The notes under the pieces are model-generated. The model was given only the letters and a program-made list of their open reading frames with translations. It had not been told where the DNA came from and did no database searches. Shown here piece by piece: positions 13,566 to 30,128 of a DNA stretch of 64,000 bases (position 1 is its first letter; every line of letters begins with the position of its first letter). Both the position numbers and the translations under genes were made by a program. The stretch is from the human T2T-CHM13v2.0 reference genome, Homo sapiens, in NCBI RefSeq assembly GCF_009914755.1, contig NC_060933.1; one strand, written 5' to 3'.

Positions 13566-13688
13566 GCACAAAGTCGGAGCAATGACAATTGGAACTCCAT
13601 GGCTATTCCATTGAAAGTCAATTGAATTTCAATTTCCTTCAATGGGAAAAGCCAGGAGGAACCAATTATTGTTGCTTTAACATTGTGC
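13566..13688. other. 123-nt imperfect palindrome / hairpin in unique sequence
   Basis: Axis at 13627. Outer 44 positions pair without gaps (33 WC, 4 G-U, 7 mismatches), followed by 13 further WC pairs toward the loop. Confidence 0.9.
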
Positions 13689-15257
13689 AATTTTTCCTTA
13701 GGCACCACTTAGGATCCAAATGAAAACATTTCAATTCCTGCTTATTACCTTCTTCCTGATAAAATGCTGCTTTTCCCTGGCTCCTAAAAATAGTGCAATA
13801 TCAAAGGAAGCCTCTATTAAATACACTTTGCCATTTTGGTCATATTAACAGCTATTAAAAGAAAAGAAGGCATACAGGGACCAATATTGTACACATAATG
13901 CTCCTTGCTGTTTATTTTGCCAGCCACTTTATGTGGTGTTGCTCTGATTTTCACTTGTCACAACAACTTACTTGAGAATGAAGTCAGTACAATTCACTTT
14001 CTGTTTGGGACATCAATTCCCAATCTGGAAGAAATCTCATCACCATGCTGAGTTAGCTTGCATCTGCCATGACCGCAGGATTTCTGGGAGGCTACTGGCA
14101 CAACTCACATATTTCCACTGTGAAGCTTGGCTTTGGGAGAGAGTGAGAATGCTGTTCCCCTAGCAGTCATTCAGGCCCACAGACTGTGAAAGCCAGAGTC
14201 ACCTAACAAGCTGTGAAAATTTCAGCCACCTGAGGAGCTGTGAAAGACAAAGATGGTGCTAGCTGAGGATATGTGAGCAGGCAGGAGTCTCCAGAGGAAC
14301 TGCAAATATTCTAGGCCCTCATGTCAGTAAAGAGATAGTGCACTTTGAACTGAGTAACAAAGTCAGCAGGGACTGAAAGGCATAAGAAGTGAAAATAAAC
14401 TCAAGCATGTTAGAAAAATAGCTATACAAGGTTGGGGTATTAGCCTTTCCAAGTCATTATGCTTATGCCCTCGGTCTGTTGTATTGAAAGAAGACAAATT
14501 ACATAAGGAGAATAGAAAGAAACTTAAGCACTAAACATATACAGGGCCTAATAACTGAGTCAATTTCCAAGCCAGACTCTTGATGCCGTAGCTCAGCATG
14601 TGAAGAAACTATAAAGACACATAAAACTCTGGGGTAGGCCCAGGCTGCAAGGAAATGTACTATGTCTCTTTCCCAGTCCCCTCTTGTGTTAGAGCAGTAA
14701 CCAGGAGTTTTTATGAGTCATTACATCTCCTTATGTTCTGCAAAATAGACTCCATTTTGCCCAGGACACATCTGGTGTGCTGCCTTTCCCCCATGCCCTC
14801 TAAATACTCCTATTTCTCTTGTCCCAGTTGGACATGAGATTGTCACACAAATACAACATGATCACTGCATCACTTTTCATGCTAGTGTGATCCTCATCCC
14901 ACCTTTTAAGAATTTAAAGGGCAATATCAATTATCCTTTCAAAGCTGTTTCACATCACTGGAGAAGCTTTGAAAATTAGATTTAAGTTCCCATTGTCAAC
15001 TTATCTTGGAGCTATGTTAGGTCTCCGAAGCTGGTTTTTGGCCAAGGTATTGATGGAAAGCAAAGAATAACATTGAACTTTGTTCTGTAGATTGGCACTG
15101 CTCCAGAGATCAATGACTGTTTTGACTAATATTCCAGACTACTTACCTTACAATTTTTTTCTGTTCTTTTTGTCATCCATAATAGATAATAATTGTTAAA
15201 GTAGTCAGGAGCTAGGAATCCTATAGAAATGCTTTTGGAAATAGAAGTCTTCAACAT

Positions 15258-19375
<4,118 letters not shown>

Positions 19376-20082
19376 AAGTCTTCAACATAAGGTAAAAAGA
19401 AATGAAAAGTTTGCCCTTGTGATTCTTTCCTTTAAAAAGTTCTGAGAAATGTTACTAAAATTAAGAATTAAATGGAGAATTCATTCTAGATTCTCTTTAA
19501 AGCCCATATCTTTACAAAGAGTAAAGTCATGACTTTTATGCAAATACAAAATGAGTATAAATCAAAGATTTTACTTCACTCATTAATTAACAGGGGCAAC
19601 AATAAGATGTTACAACTAGTTTAAAGGAGTCAAAGAATCACAAATATATTGGTCATCAAAAAATGCTGAACAAATTTACAAATAAATGATAGAAAACTAG
19701 ACAATTGCACTCCCTGCACAGAATTTATTTGCATTTCTATGAAAAAGAATCATTTGCATTAGTATCAATATTCTACAACTTACACAGTTGTAAAATAAAA
19801 GGAAGTGATAACTCGGAAAAGTGACCTAGATAATGCTCAGTTTTCTGCTGACGGCACACAGTAATCTTTTTGGTCCATTTCAAAGTTTTTCACATTATTT
19901 CCTTTTGTTCTAAACAAAGGGCTGAAAAAGAGTAAAAAGATCTGCTCATGTCTTGTTTAGGATTGCTGCTTAAGAAAATCCAGAGGACTGCCTTGTATAC
20001 ATCTACAGTTAGTGTTAAATGATTCTATTGTTTATTTTGCACAAATTTCAAATATCAGTCTATAGGGAAGTTACACATACAA

Positions 20083-20536
20083 TGTTTCTCAGTTTCCTAT
20101 AGCTGCTATAACAAACTATCTCAAACAATGTACCTGAAAACAGATGTTTATTCTTTCAGGACTAAAATAAAATTCAGAAATCTGACCAGGGTTGGTTCCT
20201 TCTAGAGGCTCTAAGAAAAATTCGGTTTCCTGCCTCTATCCTAGTCTCTGGTGGTTGCCAGCACTCCTTGCCATTTGTCCCTTGGCTTGTAGACATACTA
20301 CTCCGATCTCTGTCTCCATTGTCACGTGATATTCTCGCTGGATGTCTGTGCCTTTGTCTAAATTTCCCTCTCCTTTTAAGGACATCAGCTATATTGGATT
20401 TAGGGCCCACTCTCATCCAGCATAACCTCATCTTAACTTGGTTACATCTGCAAAGAACTTATTTCCAAGCAAGATCATATTCACAGATTCTGGATAGAAC
20501 TAAATTTGGGGGAAAAACTATTCAACACAGTATTAC
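20083..20536 (-). mobile_element. MLT1C-like MaLR LTR
   Basis: 'tttcctatagctgctataacaaa', 'ggttggttccttctagaggctct', 'ggatttagggcccact', 'ttacatctgcaaaga...tatttcca'. Confidence 0.8.
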
Positions 20537-20779
20537 ACATCATGATATCAAACGTGGAGGCTGTAAAGTAAGGGTGTTTCTAGCAAGAGACTGCCAGGAA
20601 ACTCAGAAAGGCAGACTATTTTTAAAGGCAATAGTCTTAAATCAGAACAGTCCAATTAAATAGCAATTCCTGTTTATAACCATGTCTGGATCATCTCCAG
20701 AAAGCAAACCAGGCAAATAAATGTGATACCAGTCTTCTGGGCCAATGTTTCAAAGGCAGCAATATACTTACATTCTCCA

Positions 20780-20945
20780 GAATTCAGGAGAACCAGCTTT
20801 TAATTCTAACTTTGCAGCTAATGAGCTGTGTGAACATGGGCATGTCCTCTATCTAATTGCACCTTACTTATCTCTTTTGTCAAATAAGGGAAATAGACTA
20901 GAATATTTTTAAGTCTCCTTCTACCTCTAATGGGCAATGATTTAT
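20780..20945 (+). mobile_element. MIR3/MIRc fragment
   Basis: 'agctgtgtgaacatgggca...aaataaggga...actaga...taagtctccttctacctct'. Confidence 0.5.
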
Positions 20946-21379
20946 TACCTCTTTCTTACAAATGCAAAATGTCCAAATCAGTTATCAGGATATGAGCTAG
21001 ATTGTCTTTTAAAATTGTTCTGACCTACTTATATCTATCCATGCTTTGTAAAGTTAGAACAGAATCTTTGGGTTCTTTGTTTTTGGTTGTTGAAGTTATT
21101 ATTTGTTTGTTTTCCATTGTAGTATACAAAGCTTGGGGTCTTTTGCTATCCTTTTATTTCTATGGCCGGAATGGGTCCCATGTTTCCACATTTCTTCTAT
21201 TCGCCTCTTTGCCCTTGGCCATAGCTGCAGGGCTTTCACTTTGTACAATCCCAAGGAGCATTTCCATTGCAGTTTTTGTCATGTTCCAAGAGGTGCTATT
21301 TTTTAAGGAATAGAGTTATATAGACTGCATTTACAGAGACTCCATTATGAACAGTGATCTTGGAGCTGCACAATGGCAG

Positions 21380-21730
21380 GGATCCTGCATAGCTGATTTG
21401 ATTAGGGTGGACAGTTGGCCATATTGGAATAGCTAGTTCTCTTTCTTGAAAATTTAGAAGTGAGGATAAGATAGGATAACTCTGGGATCGTCTCATAAAT
21501 TGAGAAATGTAAACCAGAAAGCTACTGAATGCATATATAAGCTAAGCCAGTAGACAGAAAGAGAGAGAGTAGAAAAAAATGCTTAATGTGTAGAGAGAGT
21601 GAGAGAAAAAAATTACCTGAGATCCCAATGGCTTCTAACTTTTTTGAGACTTAGATATATTCCTGTTTTCCTGTCCCAGGCCTCTCTTTCTTAAGCTGCT
21701 GTGAAAGAGTTTTGTTACTTGCAATTAATT
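21380..21730 (+). mobile_element. old MLT1 (K/L-like) LTR fragment
   Basis: 'ctgatttgattagggtgg...ggcc', GA-rich middle, 3' 'cttaagct...gagttttgttacttgcaa'. Confidence 0.5.
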
Positions 21731-22944
21731 TTCTTATTAAGAAATTTTCCTTGTTATGTTAGATTTAATTTATTGTAAATGCCCTTTCTCAATAGAATCA
21801 AACATATATGAATTTAACTGCCTATAATAGGTAAGTATTGATTTATCAAAGAGGTCAATAAGTTTACTGATCATTTTAAACATGACCGATATGATCATAC
21901 TATAAGCCATTATCTAACCAAAAGTATTTAAATTGAATGTGGATATATTCTAGGTAGTCCCCACTGCAAGGAATGTAACATTTTGAAAGATAATTAACAT
22001 CTCTTGTTTAAAACTCTGAATGTCTAAGTTGACATTTGCAAATGATACTTCAGTATCTCCTTCCCATTATACATCATTGAAACAGACATATTTGACCAAA
22101 GATCTATGAAAAGCTAATTTTCATACACCATGTTAGGTAGATATCCAAGAGTGGTGGTACACAAGTAAAGTTCAAGAAAGATTGTTTCTCCATAGATCCC
22201 AGGAACAAACAGAAGAATCTCTGAAGATCTCCTACCAAGAATATATTAGAAAAGAATAACAAGATCCCCCAAAATGTATTGGGTAGCCAAATGATGAAGT
22301 CAGTCTAAGTGAAGCCAATTGATTAAAACTCTGAACTTGGCAATGCATCATGGAAACCATCTCATGTGAAGAATGTTGAATATCATGAGGCTCAGCCTTG
22401 TGCCTAATTTTGCTCTCCAACAGGGTGAGTCCTGAGCAGGTCTCAATGCTCCTACCCATGTTTCCCTCACCCCTAGAGAACATCAGGGGGCTAAAGAAGA
22501 GCTGCATGCCTGCCTCAGTTTCTTGATGGTAATTTTCCACAGGTGTTTCTTGATCAATGGGACAAGTTAAACATCTCTTAACCTAGGTCTTAATTCTCTT
22601 TTGACAGAACCATTCTAAAGGTCAAAAAAATTCCCAGGGTGAAACTTTAGGAACTCTGTTCTAAAAAATATTTCTATAGGAAGGATTCTGTAAACTTTAA
22701 AGTATTAAATACATGTAGATAAGTGTTCAACCCTGGACTGCAAGAGCTGAGTGTGTAGAGCACTATGTTTGCTCCTGGGATCTATGGAAAAACCAGAAAT
22801 TTAGAGGACATTGAGTGGTGGAAAGTGAAGTGAAGTATTAGTTAAATATCACTAATAAACATCACGCTCCAAAATTTAAACTTTTTATTGAAAAAATATA
22901 TTGCATGCCTATAATGCACTATATAACAATAAACAGTAGAAGTT

Positions 22945-23050
22945 AATATTATTTAGCACATACTATATGCTAGGCACTGTGTTAGGTATTTTATATATAC
23001 ATTAGTTCTTTAAGCGTACACAAAAATCTTATTGAGTAGAACCCCCCACT
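22945..23050 (-). mobile_element. MIR fragment
   Basis: 'atttagcacatactatatgctaggcactgtgttaggtattttatatatacatt'. Confidence 0.7.
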
Positions 23051-23959
23051 GTGATTTAACCACTCCCCTTTCTTACTTTATATTACAAGCATCAAGATGA
23101 AATAACTGAACTACCTATAGTTTTGCAAAACAAGACGTTTGATACACAATATTCCTAAATGACTTTTCATCTACATTGCTGAATATATTATGTTTTTGTT
23201 TTAATGTCTATAATGACTGTAAATCTATGACACCTCCCCAAACTCCCCCACATACATATTCATTATGAACCCCTTCCTGTGTTCTCCTGGGCCATATTTA
23301 AAAGTTTATGGCCCAACCAGGATTGTATTCTCTTTTCACGGTTTCCTCAAACATTTAAAGTAATACAAGAACTAAGCTAGCTCTTAGCAATTCACTTGTC
23401 CCTCAAAACTCCCAAGAGTCTTCCCACCCTCTGCCCTAATGTAATGGACCTCTCTCACTCATCCCACCTCTGTCCCATAGCCTTCTCTCTCTCCTGGGCC
23501 AGCTTATTTAGTCTTTTATAACCTGCCCCCAACATGTCAACTCTCCTTGCCATGAAAACACCCCTGGGCTTGAAGTTCTTTTCCTGCTCTGACTGCTTTC
23601 TGGAGAAAATTTGCCTTTATTGCTTTTATGGTTTTTCTCTCTTGAAGAGAGTAAAGAAGGCAAAAAAGCTGACTAGGCAGAGGGAAAGGGGAACACATGA
23701 AAATAAACTTTACGCTGTACTGTGTTCCGTAGGAACATTTCTAGCAATGCCAGTATAAAGCGACCTCTGACTTGAACTGAGCAGAATTGTAACAGAACAT
23801 TTAAAAATTTTTAAGTAGGTATTTCAATAGCATGTTATAATTTTCAGAAGCTTTACTTGTAGAGATAGAAATGAAAGAGCATATATAGGAAAATATCTAA
23901 ATATGATGTAAAAACAAGGATATGAAAAAAGTATATACATACAATATTGATGACTAGAT

Positions 23960-24325
23960 TTGTGCAAATACAGGCTCTGAGGTCAGACTGTTCAGGTTCA
24001 ATTTTTGCTCCCTTCACTGACGGATATTCCTGAATCCTCATCTCTAAAATGGAGTAATACTAATTCCTTCTGCATAGGGATGGTGTAAAGGCCAAATGAA
24101 TAAACAATACTGATTGTAATTACTAACTTAATAATGATATATAAAATGATAATGTATGAACTAACATTTTTAGCATTACTACATGCCCAATTCTGAGCTA
24201 AAGTACTTTACATGTCATATTTAATTCATACAATTACTTGTGAGACAGGAATAGTATATATTAAGTACTTAGTAGAGTACCTGGCCTATAATAAGCTTTC
24301 AGTAAAGAGTAACTAATATAACAAT
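23960..24325 (+). mobile_element. MIR (+) interrupted by an antisense MIR piece (~24160-24255)
   Basis: 'caggctctgaggtcagactgttcaggttcaa...tcctcatctctaaaatggag...' resumes as 'cttagtagagtacctggcctataataagctttcagtaaa'. Confidence 0.6.
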
Positions 24326-27300
24326 TATTACTTTAAATGTTATTGTTATGATTAGCCAATGTTATAATAAAACTTCTCCTTGTTGGAAGCATTTTTTACC
24401 ACAGGTACTAATTATAGAGAATGGATACACATGTATTTTAGAACTGCAGCTAATATATATTGTTTTCAGTCAGGAAGAAATATCAAGATGATAAGGGGTA
24501 GGATTTTTAAAAAGAGCAAGAAGAGGTAGGGCCTGAGTCTGCCAAAAGAAGTGAAGAGGCAGGTCTGTGACTTGTACAGCCACTGACTTATATCACATAT
24601 TTATCAAGGTATCAGAGATAAACACTTCCTCCGGGTATTCAGGGTCAGTTTTACCAGCGGCCTTAGCCCAGTCCTCCTGTTGAGTCATTTCCCTGGATCC
24701 CTCCACCTCCATCTTCACCATCCCTCCAGGATTCTGGAGATATTTGATCAGAGAGACCAAGGACCGGCTCCTTTAACTCATTCATCACCATCTAGAAAAT
24801 TCTACAAAGAAAAAATTAGATGATTCTGCAGAGCTAGCTGTTGAGTGATTTCAGGGACCCTTTTTTCCTTTTCCCCTTTGCACTGTCTTTAAGCGAAGGA
24901 AAAAAAACACAACTATTTGCTAATGCTTGAAATTCATTTGACAAGGTGGGGGTGAGGCAGCATGTGGTCTAAAATTAGAGAGAAGAGGCCAATAAAAGAA
25001 AATGCATATGTCTGGTGGGTGGGGTGGGGGGTGAAAATTTTAATGCGAGTAAGTTTCAGATAAAATGTAACCAATCAATCAAAGGTAAAGGAATGGTATT
25101 GGTCATTTTCCTATTTTGATAGGGGAGTTGGAGTGAGGAGAGCCGGAGGTATCAGGAGTTTAGAGTAGTAGGTAGACCTAGGACAACAAAGGTGAGGAGT
25201 CCTTCATGAACGGACCCCACATTCACCTGAGCTCAATCTGTGTGCATCCAACTAAGCCAGTGCCTGCAGAGGCCCTACACTGGGCTGTCTTGACCTGTGT
25301 CTGGGAAAGCAAGCAGAGCTGCCCTAAGAAAGCTATCCTGTGGCTGCTTTATTTTAAAGCATAATTTCCTTCTCCAAAGAAATACTAATTGAATGATAGT
25401 TGTAGTTTAAATGTAGGCAGGTGCATATCTGTTTATTTTGGACTCAGAGTTGAAGAATTACCAATAATTTGATGCCAACTACACTTTAGTAATCCAGGAA
25501 GTTACAATGTACCAAGAAACAAACTTTTCCTCCACCAGGCACAAATATTTAAGAGGGAAAAAACCAGGCAATGGGAAGGGAGATGAGTCATAGACAATAA
25601 TTTGAGATACTTTGACACAACAGAAGATCTTAATTTAGGAAGGGAAAAAAGCTAAAATTTACCCTTTTTTTTCAGTATCTGGAAGGCAAGAATCAAGTGT
25701 TCCTAAATAATTTATCAAAACTTCCTTTAGGTAAAACACATTCCTATTGATACAGGGTTTGAAATTAGCCTAACAGTCATTGCTAAACTATTTCATATTC
25801 ATGCTGTGTGGGTTGGGATATTTTCTACAGACCATGTACTTCTATTGCATGTGGCTTTGCTAAAGACCTTGACATATTTGCGCCATGGTGACAGGAGAGT
25901 AGAAAAAGTAGAATGAGTCCAAAAAAAAAAAAAAAATTTGCAGTATTGAGAATGAGATAGAGAGGAGAAGAATACGAAGCAAGAGGCAATGGTGATGTAT
26001 TAGTGTGTCAGGAAAGGAGAAAGTATTTTTAATTGAGCAGAGGAAGGAAGAGGAAGAGAAGGGAAGGGTATATTGGACATGCTGTTGGTCTCTCATAGCA
26101 GGGCAAAGGAGTTCTGAGAGCATTTCTCACCACTTCACACAGTCTCATGAGGGCTAAGAAGGAAAGTTGTCCTTTTACCCACTGTAAAGCCCATTCAAAT
26201 GGAAAAAAGAAACTGCTGTCTCTAAGTATAGAGTTGGGGTGGAAAATAGGAGAAACAAAAATTAATCCTTCCGGATATCACACAGTGGCTTTTCTTTTCA
26301 CCTTTCCCATTCAAGAGGCCATTTTAGCAGCCACTGGAACAAACATTAAGGAAGATACTGGAGTGAGAGAAGTTAAAGGTGGGTAATAGAACTGGTATTT
26401 CTGAACATACAAGAAGCATAAAAATTCACTTTAGTTTATTTTAAAATCTATCTCATTATGTGTATAACATTGTGAATGCAAATTCTTACTGTAAAGTAAG
26501 TGTAAACATATTGTATGCTCCATTTTGCGTTAATTAGGAGTGCAAGTAAACAATAAGCCTAACATAGCTAGGGGTACACTCAAAGGCAATCATGTTTTCA
26601 CTTTCCCTCAGATATATAAGATTATCACTTAATTTATAGGTTACATTCCCTGAGTGACTTCTGTGTATATCACAACAGAGGCCAGAATACTATTCTCAGT
26701 GAAAGGGCAGCATCTTGGGAGAAGGGGTGGGGGACATTTCCAAATTCTAAACCTGTGAAGTTTGTCAGCTGTAAGACTTGAGTACCCCAGCTTTCTGCAG
26801 AGGATGATGAATGGGACACTGGTGAACTCAGTCTCCTTGCTGGGGATGTGTTTATAAGAAGGAGCATAGGCAATATCTTTTGCATAATAAGTCCACCAAG
26901 AAAAGGAACTATGGAACTGCTAAACCTGCTGCACAGAGTGTATTGTTGGTAAGTCTGAAAACAAAAATAAAACAGTTTCCACTGGGGCATGTAATTCTCC
27001 TTGCTAAAGAAGAAACTCTGAATGTAAGAACAATTTAAAAAGTTCAGACTAGAGTGGCGATTCCAGGATGCCACTTGTCAAGTTAATTTAGGGCTGCGTA
27101 TAATTGGGTGGTTGCTTTTCCTCCAGAAAGATGAAATAGCCAAGCCAAGAGAGATGGGTATCTCACTATTTCTAATATAGAGATAAAGATCTTATTTTTA
27201 GTGTAAACTGAAGAAACGTGGGGGTTGTGAGCAGAGACTAGGCTTTTGCAGTGTTGCAAAGGTACTAAAAAGCAAAAGGAACGGGGATATGTTTTAGGAA

Positions 27301-29869
27301 ATCAGGAGTTTAAGTACTCAAAGTTTTAAGAGTTATCTCTTGAATTTCCACCAAATGAGAGGCACTGCTTGTGTTAAATTGTCTTAAGTTGTGTTGAGAT
27401 ATTTCCTGCAACTAAAAATCAAGTGCTTTTCATTTAAACTGTAACCATGTGGAAGCTTTATTTTTATTATCCCTGTTAAAATGTGCTTTATTCTAGCACC
27501 ATAATAAATTCTAAGTCCCAAATAATACCCACAATTAATCAAAAGAGTTGGTTATACAATATTAGACTGATTTCAAATTAAGTCTTACTTCAGTGTCCAT
27601 AGGAGAGGAAATACTTTTGGTTAAATCAAAATTTTACAGGAATGGGAGTCTGGGAGACTTCAGAGAGCCAGCTGGCTACACCAGCTTCCCAGGCTGAGCT
27701 CTTCTTCAGAAAAAGCATCTGTTAATTCTGCCGTAAAAGGAGCATCAGTGGCTAGAGCCCTGCTTGGCAAACTGTGACATGTGTTGTTTAAGCCAGAGGG
27801 CTTTGGTATATATAAAAGAAAATTAGCTCTCGGCAGTGGGAAAGCTGGGACTTTAGTGGCCCCAAATGTCAGCTGCCGGAGAGAGTTTCCAATCTATCCA
27901 TGATAAATTGGTCTTACATTAGGTTCTTTATAAACTGAAAAAGTCTTGCTCAAAGATCGAATACAATATCGTGGGCATTATGAAGAAAATGGCTATGACA
28001 CAATCATTGAGATTTACTTATTGCTGTAGAGGAACTAACTTCCCTATGACATGCTGCCTCTTGGGGTCTCCTGGTAACACTCCAGACATCCAGCTGAAAT
28101 CAGATCCTGTGCCCCCCTCAAACTGAACTGTCAAATTAGGCTGGATATAAAATGGAAGCTTGCTTCAAACATTGGGAATCTCAGCATTGCGAGGATTCTT
28201 CTACTTTAAAAATGTTCAAACAGAAAACAATAGACTAAATGACTGTTCTAGGGTCATTTAGACAGTTAAAAGCATAACCAAAACTAAAATCAAAACTATT
28301 ACTGGATATTTATTGAAAATGAAGTTTTGTAATAAATACTGTTTAGATGATCTCACATGAGGCATAAGAAAAATGAAGTTATGAGAAATGAAGACCATTT
28401 TTATTTGTCATATACTCTTGAAAATTACAGGAGCTACCTACATTCTCATTCTCATCGGTAGGTACTGCTTTTTATCTTTTTTAAATTTTGCTAAAAGTTT
28501 AATTTCCTAAAATAGATAATGCAACTGAGCAAATATAAAAAGAGGTCCCTACTTCTAAGAAGTCAGTTCTAGGATTACTTTTACTTTCTCCTCCGCCCAG
28601 AAAAAGCAATTTAAATGAAGCAAGGTAAGACTGTTTCTGGACCAGGACTATTGAAATATTCTTGTTCATCCAGATGATATTCTGAGACCTGAAGACCCTC
28701 ACTCACTTTTTGTTGTTGTTCTTAAACATTTATCATATAAAGATGCTCAACAGCAGAAACACTATGACTCAAAGAGGCTGTGGTCCAAGGCATGACTAGC
28801 ATTATTTTCATCCCTAGCCACATCCATCCTGACACCATGGTAGCCTCCCACCTTCAGATTAAGATGAGTAACTTAAAAATGAATATAGAACAAGTGCCAA
28901 TTTGCTTTGTTTTGTTTTGTTTTGTCCTCAGGCCCTGTAATAATTTTTTTTAAAAGAAAAATAGCCTCTGATTTAAGAATTTTGGTTTAATGAACACTAA
29001 ATTTGGTTTAGTGGGATGGAAATAAAAGGTAGAAAAGGTGTTTTTCTAGCTAGAGAGGTAAGCAAATGAGTCAATCACCTGAACTCTCGAATTGTATCCT
29101 GAAGAGGCCAAGGCACATTGTCTTGAGCTCAACAGAGAGGAGTCAATTATTATGAATTCCTATAGTGCCCCAGCATGCCAGGATATGTGTGTAAGACTTA
29201 ATTCCTCAAGTTGAGCCAGTTGAAGCAAAGGCAGCAACCAGACTCTCTGATGACTCACATGACTTGTTACAACCTAGAAAAATCTCCTAGACCACCCAGA
29301 TATTAATTAAACTTTGACTACTATTACACAGAGATTCCTTCTATTATTCTTCTAATCATTTGAGAGCCATCTAGACAGTGATAAATTTATTATGCAAGTA
29401 TCTAAAAGGGATTTTCCTTATCTAGAAATTGCCAAGTCCACACATTTTTCTTTTCCAGTATTTTCCTATCACATGGGTAAAAGGAGAACAACAAAAATAA
29501 CCTCCTTATTAGGGTCACCGTATAGATCTCTCAAACCATTCTCTACAGTGATTTTAAAACAAAGAAAACTTAAATATTGTCTAAGAGTTAAGACATTTCA
29601 AATTCCTATGACTTGGATCTGTTTTACAAAGCTTGAGTTAACTAATTTAGGGAATTTTATGGAATAATTGAGTGTCATAAGCCTCCATTTAAATTTTACA
29701 GTTAGATACTGTAAAAGAATTCTTACTAATCAGAAGAGACTTGCTGTATTTGCACTAAACCCTAAATTAATGTTTAAAAGTAATGTTTTGTCTAACAAAT
29801 ATATTATTATAAAATGCCATTTATGATTTAGCTTAACATTAAATATCAAGTTAACAAAAAATAATAGTT

Positions 29870-29995
29870 AACATTATTAAAGAGTTACTACTATGCGGCA
29901 AGCATCATATTAAAAGCTTTATATGGATTATCACATACACAGAAACCACCATAAAGGAGATGTTACAATTTGATCACTTCATTATCAGAGATGTA
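29870..29995 (-). mobile_element. MIR fragment
   Basis: 'ttactactatgcggcaagcatcatattaaaagctttatatggattatc'. Confidence 0.55.
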
Positions 29996-30128
29996 CAGAT
30001 GGATGAATACAGCCTTGGGCTTGAGTGCTCATGATTCTATGATGAAACCATGATGGAGACTATGGATAATTGGTGCGATAGTGCCTGGGAATCATTCTGG
30101 AATTAAAAACTGGTTTTTTCCATTGATA

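Noticed and set aside
22405-22430. Recursive splice-site-like 'ttttgctctccaacag g gtgagt'
   Set aside because: An extra G separates AG from GT, so it is not the AG|GT zero-length motif, and no host gene is evident.
25013-25031. G-quadruplex candidate GGTGGGTGGGGTGGGGGG
   Set aside because: Only three runs of at least 3 G and no functional context.
26670-27074. 134-aa minus-strand ORF
   Set aside because: Non-ATG start and no recognisable homology; the + strand exon candidate in the same interval is better supported.
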